Source: Nitrospinota bacterium (GTDB lineage: Bacteria; Nitrospinota; Nitrospinia; Nitrospinales; JACRGP01). From it: a stretch of DNA of 57,633 bases. The stretch covers positions 1 to 57,633 of the forward strand of contig JACRGP010000085.1 of assembly GCA_016217765.1 (NCBI GenBank). Direction: 5' to 3'. Of this stretch, positions 46,230 through 54,389 are shown in pieces. The notes below the pieces were generated by a model. It saw only the letters and a list, made by a program, of their open reading frames with translations, was not told the origin of the DNA and searched no databases. Made by a program: the position numbers and the translations under genes. The number at the start of each line of letters is the position of its first letter. The stretch's first letter is position 1.

Positions 46230-46670
46230 TCAATCGTTGGGTTTTAGGGTACGGACCGCGCGGACGGTGTCCCGGGTGATATCTTCCTTGTGGTTCGAGT
46301 TCACATGCCCGTAGCGGAAATAAAAAATCGCCGCGCACCCGTGGGGCCTTTCGGAACTGGTCCAGGTGGTGTATCCTCCCCCCGGCGAAAAGGCCGGGTC
46401 GATGAAGATCTCGAACCGGTCCATATCGCGGACATGCCGCTCCCGGGACGCGTCGTAAAGGTTCTCCGCCTCTTTGAGCGTGGGCATGCGCCAATCGTCG
46501 TACCCGGCGAACTTCCGGATGTTCAAATCCTTGAGGTAGGACCACGCCTCATACCAGTTGGTCCATTTATTGACGTCCTGTATGGCGTCGGACTGTTTCC
46601 ACATGAGATGGGTCTCCGTATCCGTGACCGTGCCGTCGCCGTTGTCCACAAACCGTTTCTTGTTGTCCAA
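46230..46670 (-). CDS. DUF1566 (Lcl C-terminal-like) single-domain protein, paralog 1
   Basis: 'RFVDNGDGTVTDTETHLMWKQSD', 'FAGYDDWRMPTLKEAENLYD', 'FIDPAFSPGGGYTTWTS', 'VRAVRTL'. No ATG or GTG start. SD AGGAGG (46684-46689) is followed by CTG (46676) or TTG (46670). Confidence 0.7.
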   Translation of the reverse strand: MDNKKRFVDNGDGTVTDTETHLMWKQSDAIQDVNKWTNWYEAWSYLKDLNIRKFAGYDDWRMPTLKEAENLYDASRERHVRDMDRFEIFIDPAFSPGGGYTTWTSSERPHGCAAIFYFRYGHVNSNHKEDITRDTVRAVRTLKPND

Positions 46671-46689
46671 ATCCAGGCCCTTTCCTCCT

Positions 46690-47181
46690 TTATCCCTGGA
46701 CGTTCCGTCCAGGACCTTGAAACTCGTTTTTTTCCAGGCCGCGGACCAGCCGCGTGGCGCCGCGCGAAACCCGGTAAATATCGTCGAACATGGGCGCGCC
46801 CTTTCGATATCCGAAACGGACGGCCTGGACCTTGTTCCGCACCTCGCTGGTCCAGCAAAGAAAGCCAAACCCCGGGGCGAACGCCGGGTGAAGCGAAGCC
46901 GGCTCCCCCATATGGTCCTTGCTCCGGTATGTCTTGCCAAACAGGCTCCGGGCTTCCTCGCCCGTGGGCAGGCGCCATCCCTCGCGGCCGGCAAACCGTT
47001 TGCGGTCCATTTCCCCGGCGAAGTCCCGGGCTTGAAGCCAATTCATCCACTTGCCCGTCATCTGCCAGGAGTCTTTCTTGAGCCACATCAGGCGGGTTTT
47101 CAGGTCGACCACCACGTCGTCTCCCTCGACGAAACGCCCCTCGGTTTCCGGCGCGGCGGCCCTGTCTTCCGGTTGTGCCAT
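46690..47181 (-). CDS. DUF1566 single-domain protein, paralog 2
   Basis: ATG at 47181. 'RFVEGDDVVVDLKTRLMWLKKDSW', 'FAGREGWRLPTGEEARSLF', 'LHPAFAPGFGFLCWTS', 'TRLVRGL'. Confidence 0.75.
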   Translation of the reverse strand: MAQPEDRAAAPETEGRFVEGDDVVVDLKTRLMWLKKDSWQMTGKWMNWLQARDFAGEMDRKRFAGREGWRLPTGEEARSLFGKTYRSKDHMGEPASLHPAFAPGFGFLCWTSEVRNKVQAVRFGYRKGAPMFDDIYRVSRGATRLVRGLEKNEFQGPGRNVQG

Positions 47182-47195
47182 AAACGTTCGACCTC

Positions 47196-48152
47196 TTAAT
47201 CCTCGGCTTCGTCCGTTTGCCCTTCCTTCGGCTTGAAGGCCCGGACGGCGCGTACGCCATGGCTTCGCAAACCCTGTTTGTGCCATTTGTAGTCGCCGTT
47301 GTAATAGTGAAAGCGCATGGCCAGGGTCTTGTCCGATTTCGAAAGGGTCTTGGTCCAGGTCGTTATCCCGGCGCCCGGGGGAAAGACTTTGTAAAGATAA
47401 ACCGTGTCCCCATACGCGTCGGTGGTGGGGTGGTTGGGATCGTAAATCGTCATCGCTTCCTTGCGGGTGGGCATCCGCCAGTCCTCGCGCTTGGCGAAGT
47501 ATTGCTTGTTCAGTTCCAGGCAATACGTCTTGGCTTCGGCCCAGGTGACCCATTTGTCGAGGTCCAGATAGGAATCCGACTTCTTCCACGTGAGCCCCGT
47601 CTCAAGGTCGCTGACGGTCCCGTCGCCGTTGTCGACGAACCGGTTTCCCTCCCGTTCCAGGTCTTGCGCGGTTTGTAGATGCCGCACCAAACGCGCGCCG
47701 CTGGGGAACCCGTCGTTCTCCTTGGCCAGCCAGTATTCGTAATCGGCGCGGTAATCGTAACCCATCGCCGCCTTGGCGCCGCGCGTCTCGCTGGTCCAGG
47801 TGGCGTGTCCGCACCCCGATGGGAATACCGGGTCCAGATGGATCTCGACCCCTTCCCGGTCGGTGTTGCTGAACTCCGGATCGAACAATTCCCGGGCCTC
47901 GGTCCCCGTCGGCAGGCGCCAGTTCCGATGCCCGGCGAACTTCCGTTCGCTCATTTTCGCGGCGTACTCCTGGCCTTGATGCCAGGTGACCAATCTTCCC
48001 AGTTCCAACCAAGTGTCGTTTTTCATCCACATGAGACCGGTCAGAAGGTCCGTGACGGTCCCGTCGCCGTTGTCCACGAATCGGGGACTCCCGGAGGGTT
48101 GCGGGGAATCCGCCATGCGCGGCCCGGTCTTGCCTGTGTCCTTACGTTCCAT
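47196..48152 (-). CDS. Tandem two-domain DUF1566 protein, paralog 3
   Basis: Two full copies of the motif set: 'PRFVDNGDGTVTDLLTGLMWMKND ... WRLPTGTEARELFD ... ARLVRHL' and 'RFVDNGDGTVSDLETGLTWKKSD ... WRMPTRKEAMTIYD ... VRAVRAF'. Start taken at 'MERKD'; alternatives are 48212 and 48116. Confidence 0.75.
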   Translation of the reverse strand: MERKDTGKTGPRMADSPQPSGSPRFVDNGDGTVTDLLTGLMWMKNDTWLELGRLVTWHQGQEYAAKMSERKFAGHRNWRLPTGTEARELFDPEFSNTDREGVEIHLDPVFPSGCGHATWTSETRGAKAAMGYDYRADYEYWLAKENDGFPSGARLVRHLQTAQDLEREGNRFVDNGDGTVSDLETGLTWKKSDSYLDLDKWVTWAEAKTYCLELNKQYFAKREDWRMPTRKEAMTIYDPNHPTTDAYGDTVYLYKVFPPGAGITTWTKTLSKSDKTLAMRFHYYNGDYKWHKQGLRSHGVRAVRAFKPKEGQTDEAED

Positions 48153-48163
48153 GCCTTGTCCCG

Positions 48164-48640
48164 TCAATTTCGCCGTTTCTCTTTTTCGGAGCGGTTCAAC
48201 TCTTTTCTGCAAAGCCGTACCGCGCCGAAACTGTATTCGTCGACGGAAACGACTTTCCCGTCGCTACAGTCGAAACGGGGCCGCCGCGTCGAGGTGTCGC
48301 CCGCCAGCCAGATCGACTTGAACGCCCCTTCGGGGAATATGACGTCGATGTGGAGTTGAGCGCCGCCCTTGCCGGCGTTGACCAGGGACGGATCGTAAAG
48401 GGACTGCGCTTCGTCCGCGGTCGGCAGACGCCAGTCGGAAAAACCGCCCACTTTGCGGGCGTTCTTGTTGTTGGCGAACTCCCGGGACTCGTGCCAGTTC
48501 AGAAACTTGCCCTTGTCCTGCCAGGAGTCCTTTTTCATCCAGTAGGTGTTGGTCTTGGCGTCGAAGACGACCATGGGACCTTTATCGACAAAACGTTTCT
48601 GCTCGGTTTTCGCGTCCTTGACTTGCGGAACTTCGCTCAT
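48164..48640 (-). CDS. Divergent DUF1566 single-domain protein, paralog 4
   Basis: 'RFVDKGPMVVFDAKTNTYWMKKDSW', 'VGGFSDWRLPTADEAQSLYD', 'LHIDVIFPEG', 'VRLCR'. Confidence 0.7.
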   Translation of the reverse strand: MSEVPQVKDAKTEQKRFVDKGPMVVFDAKTNTYWMKKDSWQDKGKFLNWHESREFANNKNARKVGGFSDWRLPTADEAQSLYDPSLVNAGKGGAQLHIDVIFPEGAFKSIWLAGDTSTRRPRFDCSDGKVVSVDEYSFGAVRLCRKELNRSEKEKRRN

Positions 48641-48670
48641 TGGATTCCCTTTCCGATCCCGACTGCGATT

Positions 48671-48886
48671 TCAATCCGTGTAACCGATTTCGACATCCCC
48701 CTCGTCCACGTCGACGATGACCGGGACCACGTATTTCCCGTTGGAGTATTCCAGCATCCTTTCCAAGGCCTTGGGGTCCTTGTCGACGTTGACGTAAAGG
48801 AACGGCCTGCATTTGCGTTTGAAATCCGCGCGCGCCTTTTTTGTATGGGGACAGTCGTCCTTCCCGAAAATCACGTAATGGCTCAT
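48671..48886 (-). CDS. Small glutaredoxin-family (thioredoxin-fold) protein with a monothiol CPHT motif
   Basis: 'MSHYVIFGKDDCPHTKKARADF...YVVPVIVDVDEGDVEIGYT'. The beta-alpha-beta layout, cis-Pro 'VP' and length (71 aa) fit Grx/NrdH-like proteins. The ATG at 48886 was chosen inside the 127-aa ORF. Confidence 0.65.
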   Translation of the reverse strand: MSHYVIFGKDDCPHTKKARADFKRKCRPFLYVNVDKDPKALERMLEYSNGKYVVPVIVDVDEGDVEIGYTD

Positions 48887-48941
48887 GGCCTTGTCTTTCG
48901 ATACGGCCGCGCGGACCGGGACCCGCGCGGGAGGAATACCG

Positions 48942-49568
48942 TCAACCGTCGAACTTCTTGGTTTGTTTTCTCCATTCGGGCTCCCACTCTTCCTTCCTCT
49001 CTTCCCGGACGACGCGGACGTGGGAATATTCGTTGTCCTTGTTCTCCCAGACATCGTTTCCCGTGACGTAGCTGAACTTCATCGCGTATTGGCTGAAATC
49101 GGGCTTCTCCTCGTGCGTCCACGTGTTGTGGCCGCCGCCGGGTTCGAACAGGGGGTCGATATGAAGCTCGGCGCCGTCCTTGTCCCTGTTCGTCTTGTGG
49201 AACGAAAACAGGGTCTTGGCCTCGTCGTATCCGGGAAGCCGCCAATCGTCGTATCCGGCGAACCGTTTCTCGTTCAGGCTGTCGCAATAGTCGAGCGCCT
49301 CGTGCCAGGTGATCCCGTAGCCGAACTCCTTGCAGGAATCCGACTGCTTCCACATGAGACGGTTCACGGAATCGCTGACCGTGCCGTCGCCGTTGTCGAG
49401 AAACTGGGGGACCTCCGGCTCGACGACGACGTCCTCTTCTTCTATTTCGCTCCAGTCATCGTCGCCGATCCATTCCTCGACGTCGTAGCCCGATTCTCCC
49501 ACCAGATCCTCGGGTTCGAGGTCCGACAGCTTTTTTTCCAGGTCCTCAAGATTTTCCTCGCCAGGCAT
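48942..49568 (-). CDS. DUF1566 protein with acidic N-terminal region, paralog 5
   Basis: 'FLDNGDGTVSDSVNRLMWKQSDS', 'FAGYDDWRLPGYDEAKTLF', 'LHIDPLFEPGGGHNTWT', 'VRVVRE'. The track's first Met (49598) lies inside the MITE terminal repeat, so 'MPGEENL' at 49568 was used. Confidence 0.75.
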   Translation of the reverse strand: MPGEENLEDLEKKLSDLEPEDLVGESGYDVEEWIGDDDWSEIEEEDVVVEPEVPQFLDNGDGTVSDSVNRLMWKQSDSCKEFGYGITWHEALDYCDSLNEKRFAGYDDWRLPGYDEAKTLFSFHKTNRDKDGAELHIDPLFEPGGGHNTWTHEEKPDFSQYAMKFSYVTGNDVWENKDNEYSHVRVVREERKEEWEPEWRKQTKKFDG

Positions 49569-49582
49569 GATTTCTCTCCCGC

Positions 49583-49848
49583 TTAGAGCGTCTAACAAAA
49601 TGAGACTCTCATTAATATCCTCCCCCTTGAGGGGGAGGTCGGGTGGGGGTGAAAAGCTGGGCTAACGCCCAGAGGCGACGCGGCGATGACGCTGACGCGA
49701 TCGCCGGAACGCGATTTCCGCCTCGGCGTCAGCCTGAGGCGGTATCGGATCCAGCGTTCACGCTGGTCACCCTCCCCCAGCCCCCTCCCTCAAGGGAGGG
49801 GAGCGATTTGAGCGTCAAGTCATCGTCTCATTTTGTTAGACGCTCTTA
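49583..49848 (-). mobile_element. MITE-like element, copy B (~266 bp, core inverted relative to A and C, internal deletion)
   Basis: Perfect 19-nt termini 'agagcgtctaacaaaatga' / 'tcattttgttagacgctct'. The interior contains the reverse complement of the A/C modules, e.g. 'gcgttcacgctggtcaccctcccccagccccctccctcaagggagggg'. Confidence 0.8.
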
Positions 49849-49942
49849 GGGCTTATCGCCTTATCGCCAACGGACCCCGAACGCCGGGCTCCGCAAAAAA
49901 CAAAGTTTACGCCAAAACGCCAACGGCTTGGCGAACGCCGGG

Positions 49943-50383
49943 CTAAAGGCCGCGCACCAGGCGCACCGACGTGCCGGTGGTGGAAACCTGCTGGTCGACG
50001 CAAATTTCCCTGGCGGAGGGGAAATAGCATTTCCAGGCATAGGAATCGAAACGCGTCTCGCAAGTCCACAAGCTCAACTCGCCGCCCGCCTGATAGTCGG
50101 AAACCGAACGCTTGACCTTTTCCGGAAGGTTCAAAAAAACCTCCCGGTAAGCTTCCTTGTTTTTGAGCAGGTTGCGCAATTCGCTTTTAGTGGGAAGCCG
50201 CCAATTATTGTAACCGAGATAGTTTTGCTCGTTACAAGCTTTCCTATAGGCGACGGCTTCGTCCCAGTTGAGCCATTTGCCCAACTCCTGCCGGGAATCT
50301 CTCTTGGCCCAGATCAAATCGCCGTCCAGGTCCGTAATCGTGCCGTCGTTGTTGTCTTTATAGATGCCGTCGTTACTTGCCAC
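49943..50383 (-). CDS. DUF1566 single-domain protein, paralog 6
   Basis: 'YKDNNDGTITDLDGDLIWAKRDS', 'YLGYNNWRLPTKSELRNLL', 'VRLVRGL'. Confidence 0.75.
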   Translation of the reverse strand: MASNDGIYKDNNDGTITDLDGDLIWAKRDSRQELGKWLNWDEAVAYRKACNEQNYLGYNNWRLPTKSELRNLLKNKEAYREVFLNLPEKVKRSVSDYQAGGELSLWTCETRFDSYAWKCYFPSAREICVDQQVSTTGTSVRLVRGL

Positions 50384-50679
50384 GATTTTTATCGGTTAAA
50401 AAAACGCAAACAAAAAAACACTCTACTTTCTCCTCCTCTCATTCCTCCATCGATTCTTGCAAACCGCTGTCTCGCAAGGACCCATGGAATGGAAAACGCG
50501 GACGCTTTTTAGAATGAGACTCCGAGCCTAGAGTGTTTCGTTAAACTCCTATATCTCCCCGGGATGAAACGCCTAAGGTCTTTTTCAATGTAAGTTCAAG
50601 ATACCATCCGTCCCTTCGATTTTCAAGAAAAAATCCGGCGGGAACTCCGTGACGAAAGAGGCGGAAAGGCGCGCGGGAA

Positions 50680-51189
50680 TCACCGCCAGGAACCGCCGAG
50701 GCCCGGTTCCGCCTTCATTTCGGGAACGCCTTGGGGAAGGGGGACGGGCGGGCCGTCCTGGCGCACCAGGCGGGCGCTGGTGTTCAGACAACTGTCCGTT
50801 TCCTTGTGCGACCCGGCGCCGCAATTGTACGAGAACACGTAGGCCGTGATTTTCCCCCGGGCGTTGCTCGTCCAGGTGTTGTATCCTCCTCCCGCCGGGA
50901 AAATGGGGTCGAGGTGGATCTCCATGTCGTAAGTGTCCAGGATGACGCTGTCCGGCGCGTACAAACTGTAGGCTTCCTGCTTGGTCGGCAACCGCCAATC
51001 CGCGTGTCCGGCGAATCGCTCCTTGTTTTTTGCCTCCACATACTTGAGCGCCGAATGTTTTTGACTGGAAATATAACCTATGAACTTTTTAAGGTCCTGA
51101 TAGGAATCGTTCCTCATCCACATCAGGTTGTATCGGGTGTCTTTAATCGTCCCGTCGCCGTTGTCGATGAACCTGGGTCCCGAACTCAT
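50680..51189 (-). CDS. DUF1566 single-domain protein, paralog 7
   Basis: 'RFIDNGDGTIKDTRYNLMWMRNDS', 'FAGHADWRLPTKQEAYSLY', 'IHLDPIFPAGGGYNTWTS', 'ARLVRQD'. Confidence 0.75.
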   Translation of the reverse strand: MSSGPRFIDNGDGTIKDTRYNLMWMRNDSYQDLKKFIGYISSQKHSALKYVEAKNKERFAGHADWRLPTKQEAYSLYAPDSVILDTYDMEIHLDPIFPAGGGYNTWTSNARGKITAYVFSYNCGAGSHKETDSCLNTSARLVRQDGPPVPLPQGVPEMKAEPGLGGSWR

Positions 51190-51225
51190 TTTCCTGAATC
51201 CTCGAAATCCGGTTGGAATCCCGTG

Positions 51226-51262
51226 AAATAAAAAAGCCGGAAGGTCGAAACCTTCCGGCTTT
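51226..51262 (-). terminator. Rho-independent terminator
   Basis: 11-bp stem 'agccggaaggt' / 'accttccggct'. The minus-strand reading is followed by 'tttttta'. It lies 25 nt downstream of the stop at 51286. Confidence 0.8.
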
Positions 51263-51285
51263 GAAAAATCTGGAGCGGACTTGAA

Positions 51286-51846
51286 TTAACGAGCGGCTTC
51301 CCCGCGCTGACCGCCAATGACGCCGCCGACGTCTCTCTCGGTGCCTTCAGGCTGACCGAAACCGGGTTCGATGTAGGTCTGAGGCACTACGTGATCCATC
51401 TGGTAGTTGGGCTGATAGGTTTTCCCGGAACCGGCGTCGATTTTCCAGTCATGGCGATCGAAAAGTTGCCGCTGACAGTTGACGGTGATGTCGCCAGGCC
51501 CCTTGTTCGTGATGACCGATTTACTGGCGATCGCGTTGGTTTCATAACCGCCGGCGGGGATGGCAACTTTCCAAACCTTCTCCCAAGCAAAGCCATGCGG
51601 CCCAATATCGAACTCGATAGTGGTTTCTGCCGTCTCGCTCAGGTTGTAGACGACCCAACCCGCATTCTCACATGTGGAAAATCCGTCTTTTGCCGCCGCC
51701 GCCGCCGCTTTCGCCGCCGCATCCGCGCCCGCCGCCGCCGCTTTCGCGGATTCCGGTTTAACTACGTTGACGTTGGCATATGCGGACGTGCCGAAAGCCA
51801 CGAACGCCAACGCCGTAAAGATGATTGTTACAGTTTTTCCTACCAT
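51286..51846 (-). CDS. Secreted hypothetical protein with Ala-rich linker
   Basis: Signal peptide 'MVGKTVTIIFTALAFVAFGTSAYA'. Linker 'AKAAAAGADAAAKAAAAAAKDG'. Strong SD 'aagggggag'. It has its own terminator. Confidence 0.7.
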   Translation of the reverse strand: MVGKTVTIIFTALAFVAFGTSAYANVNVVKPESAKAAAAGADAAAKAAAAAAKDGFSTCENAGWVVYNLSETAETTIEFDIGPHGFAWEKVWKVAIPAGGYETNAIASKSVITNKGPGDITVNCQRQLFDRHDWKIDAGSGKTYQPNYQMDHVVPQTYIEPGFGQPEGTERDVGGVIGGQRGEAAR

Positions 51847-52151
51847 GAGCTCCCCCTTTCAAATTGTCGAAGTTTGCAATTAACCCTCATTAGAAAAAGA
51901 AAAAGCAAAACTAAAACGGTACCACCTCCGATCACTGCCTACTATTCTTTAGCTATATAAAAGTCAAAAAAACCTGGAAGGCGAAGTTGACGGTAACGCT
52001 CCCCAAAAACTTTCAGGGGCTTTTATGATTGAACCGAAAATAGCAAACCGCCTCCGGGAAGTCAAGCTCTATTTTACCCGAAAAACATTTCGCCCCCAAA
52101 ACGCTGATTTTAAAGCAAAAACAGACCGTAAAAGGCCCGCCCCGGCGCCTC

Positions 52152-52547
52152 CTAGACGCTGAACTTCACGGAGGTGAGGTTGAGAAGGTTCTTGGAGGTC
52201 CTGAGCGCCTTTTCCCCATCGTCGGTGATGTCGTTGACAACCAATTGCAGGACCTTGAGATTCTTAAGGCATTTCGACTCGGCCAGATACCTGGCGCCGG
52301 CGTCCCCGATCCGGTTGGAAGCCAGATTGAGGGTCCGCAAATTGGAAAAAACCGGGGAATCCGCGATGGCGCGGACGCCCTCGTCCCCGATATCGTTCTG
52401 GGACAGGTCGAGGGCTTGGAGGGAAGACAAACTTTCCTCCAAGGCGAGGGCCCGGGCCCCGACCTCGCGAATGAACTTCGCTTTCAGACTAAGTACCCGT
52501 TTGTCCTTGCTCAAACCGTCCCGGATCAGACCTTTAATGTCCGCCAT
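52152..52547 (-). CDS. Ribonuclease-inhibitor-type leucine-rich repeat protein
   Basis: ~28-residue repeats 'LQALDLSQNDIGDEGVRAIA', 'LRTLNLASNRIGDAGARYLA', 'LKVLQLVVNDITDDGEKAL'. Confidence 0.75.
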   Translation of the reverse strand: MADIKGLIRDGLSKDKRVLSLKAKFIREVGARALALEESLSSLQALDLSQNDIGDEGVRAIADSPVFSNLRTLNLASNRIGDAGARYLAESKCLKNLKVLQLVVNDITDDGEKALRTSKNLLNLTSVKFSV

Positions 52548-52587
52548 GAAATTCCGTCCTTTTCTCGATTCGATTCGCCCTGGGATT

Positions 52588-53409
52588 TCAGTCCAAGCCG
52601 CGGATTTCCTTGGCCAGGAAACCGTTATCGTCGAAAACCCGCCAGCCTTCCGCCAGCATCTTTTTGGCCACCTTCAACAACAGGTGCGCCGCCGAGTAGT
52701 TGGGATCGATCTCCAACGTCTTCCGCAGAAGCTGGACCGCCTTCTGGACGTCCCTGATCTCGCCGCCGTAGTCGGTCAACTGCCTGGACTTGTCGATCAG
52801 GTCCGACGCCCACTTGTAATAACCGCCGGCTATCTGGAGCGGAGCGTTTTTGGAAACGTAGTCCACGATCTCCTCGTCGGCCTTGAGTTTGGGCAGGTCG
52901 CGTATGGCCATTTCAAATTCGCGGATGGGAGCCTCGTATTCCCCTTCGTTGACGTCCGTGATCGAGGCCTTGTCCTTGTGGCTCGACATGAGGCCGACGG
53001 AGCTTTTCACCACATTGGAGGAAATCCCTCTCATCAACTGCCGGAAACGCAGACCGCCGATGCCAAAGTGGATGATGGCTCCGAAGGAACCGTCGGCGTC
53101 GCGTTGCAAGGCGCTTTCGAATTCCTGGTTCGCCGCTTCCAAATCGCCCAGATCGGCCAGCGCCTCCCCCAGATTGTAATAATGCACGCAATTTCCGGGA
53201 TCTTCCTCGATCTGCCTGCGGAATTCGGCGATCTGCGCGTCCAGGTCGAACTCGACTTCCTCCCCGGCTTCCTCTTCGCCGGGTTCCGCGTCTTCGACCC
53301 GCGCCGGGGCCTGGTCCTCCGCCAAGCCTTCCTCTTCCGGCGTTCCGGGGCGATGCGTATCGTCCGGGCCCGCGGCTTGTTCCTTGCCGGTTTGGTCTTC
53401 GTCTTTCAT
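52588..53409 (-). CDS. TPR-like protein with acidic N-terminus
   Basis: 'HYYNLGEALADLGDLEAANQEFESALQRD' and 'VQLLRKTLEIDPNYSAAHLLL' are TPR-like. Confidence 0.6.
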   Translation of the reverse strand: MKDEDQTGKEQAAGPDDTHRPGTPEEEGLAEDQAPARVEDAEPGEEEAGEEVEFDLDAQIAEFRRQIEEDPGNCVHYYNLGEALADLGDLEAANQEFESALQRDADGSFGAIIHFGIGGLRFRQLMRGISSNVVKSSVGLMSSHKDKASITDVNEGEYEAPIREFEMAIRDLPKLKADEEIVDYVSKNAPLQIAGGYYKWASDLIDKSRQLTDYGGEIRDVQKAVQLLRKTLEIDPNYSAAHLLLKVAKKMLAEGWRVFDDNGFLAKEIRGLD

Positions 53410-53484
53410 GGGACGTCCATTTTTTTCAGCGTCTTGAAACCCGCCTCGAATATTTCATTTCCCAAAGCCGCCCTTGAAAAAACG

Positions 53485-54201
53485 TCAAGGAGCTTCTCCT
53501 GCCGCCTTCGCCGAACTGCCGGGCGCGTCGCTTTTTTTCCACGTCCGCACGGGCCGTATCGCCGACAGGGACAACTGCGGCCCTCCCTTAAAACTGGGAT
53601 AAGCTTTTCCGCGAATATAGTTGAACCCCCAGGCGTAATCGTCCTTGTAGGCTTCGCTGGACCAGAAACAGCAACTGGTATTGCCGAAAACCGGGTCGAT
53701 ATGCACGTTGTGCACGTCCCAGTAATAGGCCCAGGGGACGCTTTTGGTTTCGTCGTACAACGTCTCCAATTCCTTGCGGGTGGGCAGACGCCAGTCGTCA
53801 TAACCCGCGAACCGTTTCTCGTTCAACGCCTTGACGTAATCCTGGGCCATGAACCAGTTCAGCCATTTCTTCGCCGTCTGGAGGGAGTCGGACTGCGTCC
53901 ACATCAACCCTTCCCTCGGATCGACGACCGTGCCGTCGCGGTTGTCGATCAACCGCGACGGGGTGTTCATGACGGGTTTCCTGTGTAAATCCACCCCAAA
54001 CCGCTTCGATGGGTCTTCGTTGTTCAGGAGCGGGTCGGGGGAGGTCACTTCCGTATCGCGCGCAATCCCCGGCCGTTCCGCTTCGTCCGCGAAACCGGCG
54101 GTTGCGGCAAGCAGAAGGACGGCAAAAGCTCCGGCCGCCAGGGTCCGCCTCGCGCTGGCGGCGGCGCGCCGCCAAATTCCGTGACGCAAAAACGTTTTCA
54201 T
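53485..54201 (-). CDS. Secreted DUF1566 protein, paralog 8
   Basis: N-terminal 'RRAAASARRTLAAGAFAVLLLAATAGFA' signal. 'LIDNRDGTVVDPREGLMWTQSDS', 'FAGYDDWRLPTRKELETLYD', 'VHIDPVF', 'IRPVRTW'. Confidence 0.8.
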   Translation of the reverse strand: MKTFLRHGIWRRAAASARRTLAAGAFAVLLLAATAGFADEAERPGIARDTEVTSPDPLLNNEDPSKRFGVDLHRKPVMNTPSRLIDNRDGTVVDPREGLMWTQSDSLQTAKKWLNWFMAQDYVKALNEKRFAGYDDWRLPTRKELETLYDETKSVPWAYYWDVHNVHIDPVFGNTSCCFWSSEAYKDDYAWGFNYIRGKAYPSFKGGPQLSLSAIRPVRTWKKSDAPGSSAKAAGEAP

Positions 54202-54283
54202 GAGTAGTTACCAGCCTTCCGCGAACGAAGGAATAAAAAGAAAACCTTGTCCGGACGCAAAAACCATCTTCCGTCTTTTTGTT

Positions 54284-54353
54284 GTCATTCCCGCATAGGC
54301 GGGAATCCAGTATTTTCAAGGAATTTCTGGATGCCCGCTTGCGCGGGCATGAC
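54284..54353. repeat. REP-like double hairpin 'gtcattcccgcataggcgggaatcc ... ggatgcccgcttgcgcgggcatgac'
   Basis: Two GC hairpins ('ttcccgc/gcgggaa', 'gcccgc/gcgggc') between the NHL gene and the secreted DUF1566 gene. Confidence 0.6.
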
Positions 54354-54389
54354 GATTTTTGGGCCAAAAGGGACTTTTTCAGCCGCCGC

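Noticed and set aside
46722-46735. Programmed -1 ribosomal frameshift on the canonical-looking slippery heptamer A_AAA_AAC at the end of DUF1566 paralog 2.
   Set aside because: The downstream gene is in the +1 frame, not the -1 frame, relative to paralog 2. The -1 frame gives an Arg/Trp-rich nonsense peptide. Only a 1-nt deletion, a 2-nt insertion or a +1 event would fuse the genes.
50490-50550. Possible decayed MITE termini: 'gacgctttttagaatgagactc' and 'cctagagtgtttcgttaaa', between DUF1566 paralogs 6 and 7.
   Set aside because: Only a 10-nt exact match ('aatgagactc') to copy B, and roughly 60 percent identity elsewhere. This is too weak to call without a genome-wide alignment.
46230-51189. 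Integron-like cassette array, since these are small same-strand genes in series.
   Set aside because: Intergenic gaps are only about 10-55 nt with no attC-like imperfect palindromes, and no integrase is present. The genes are paralogs rather than unrelated cassettes.
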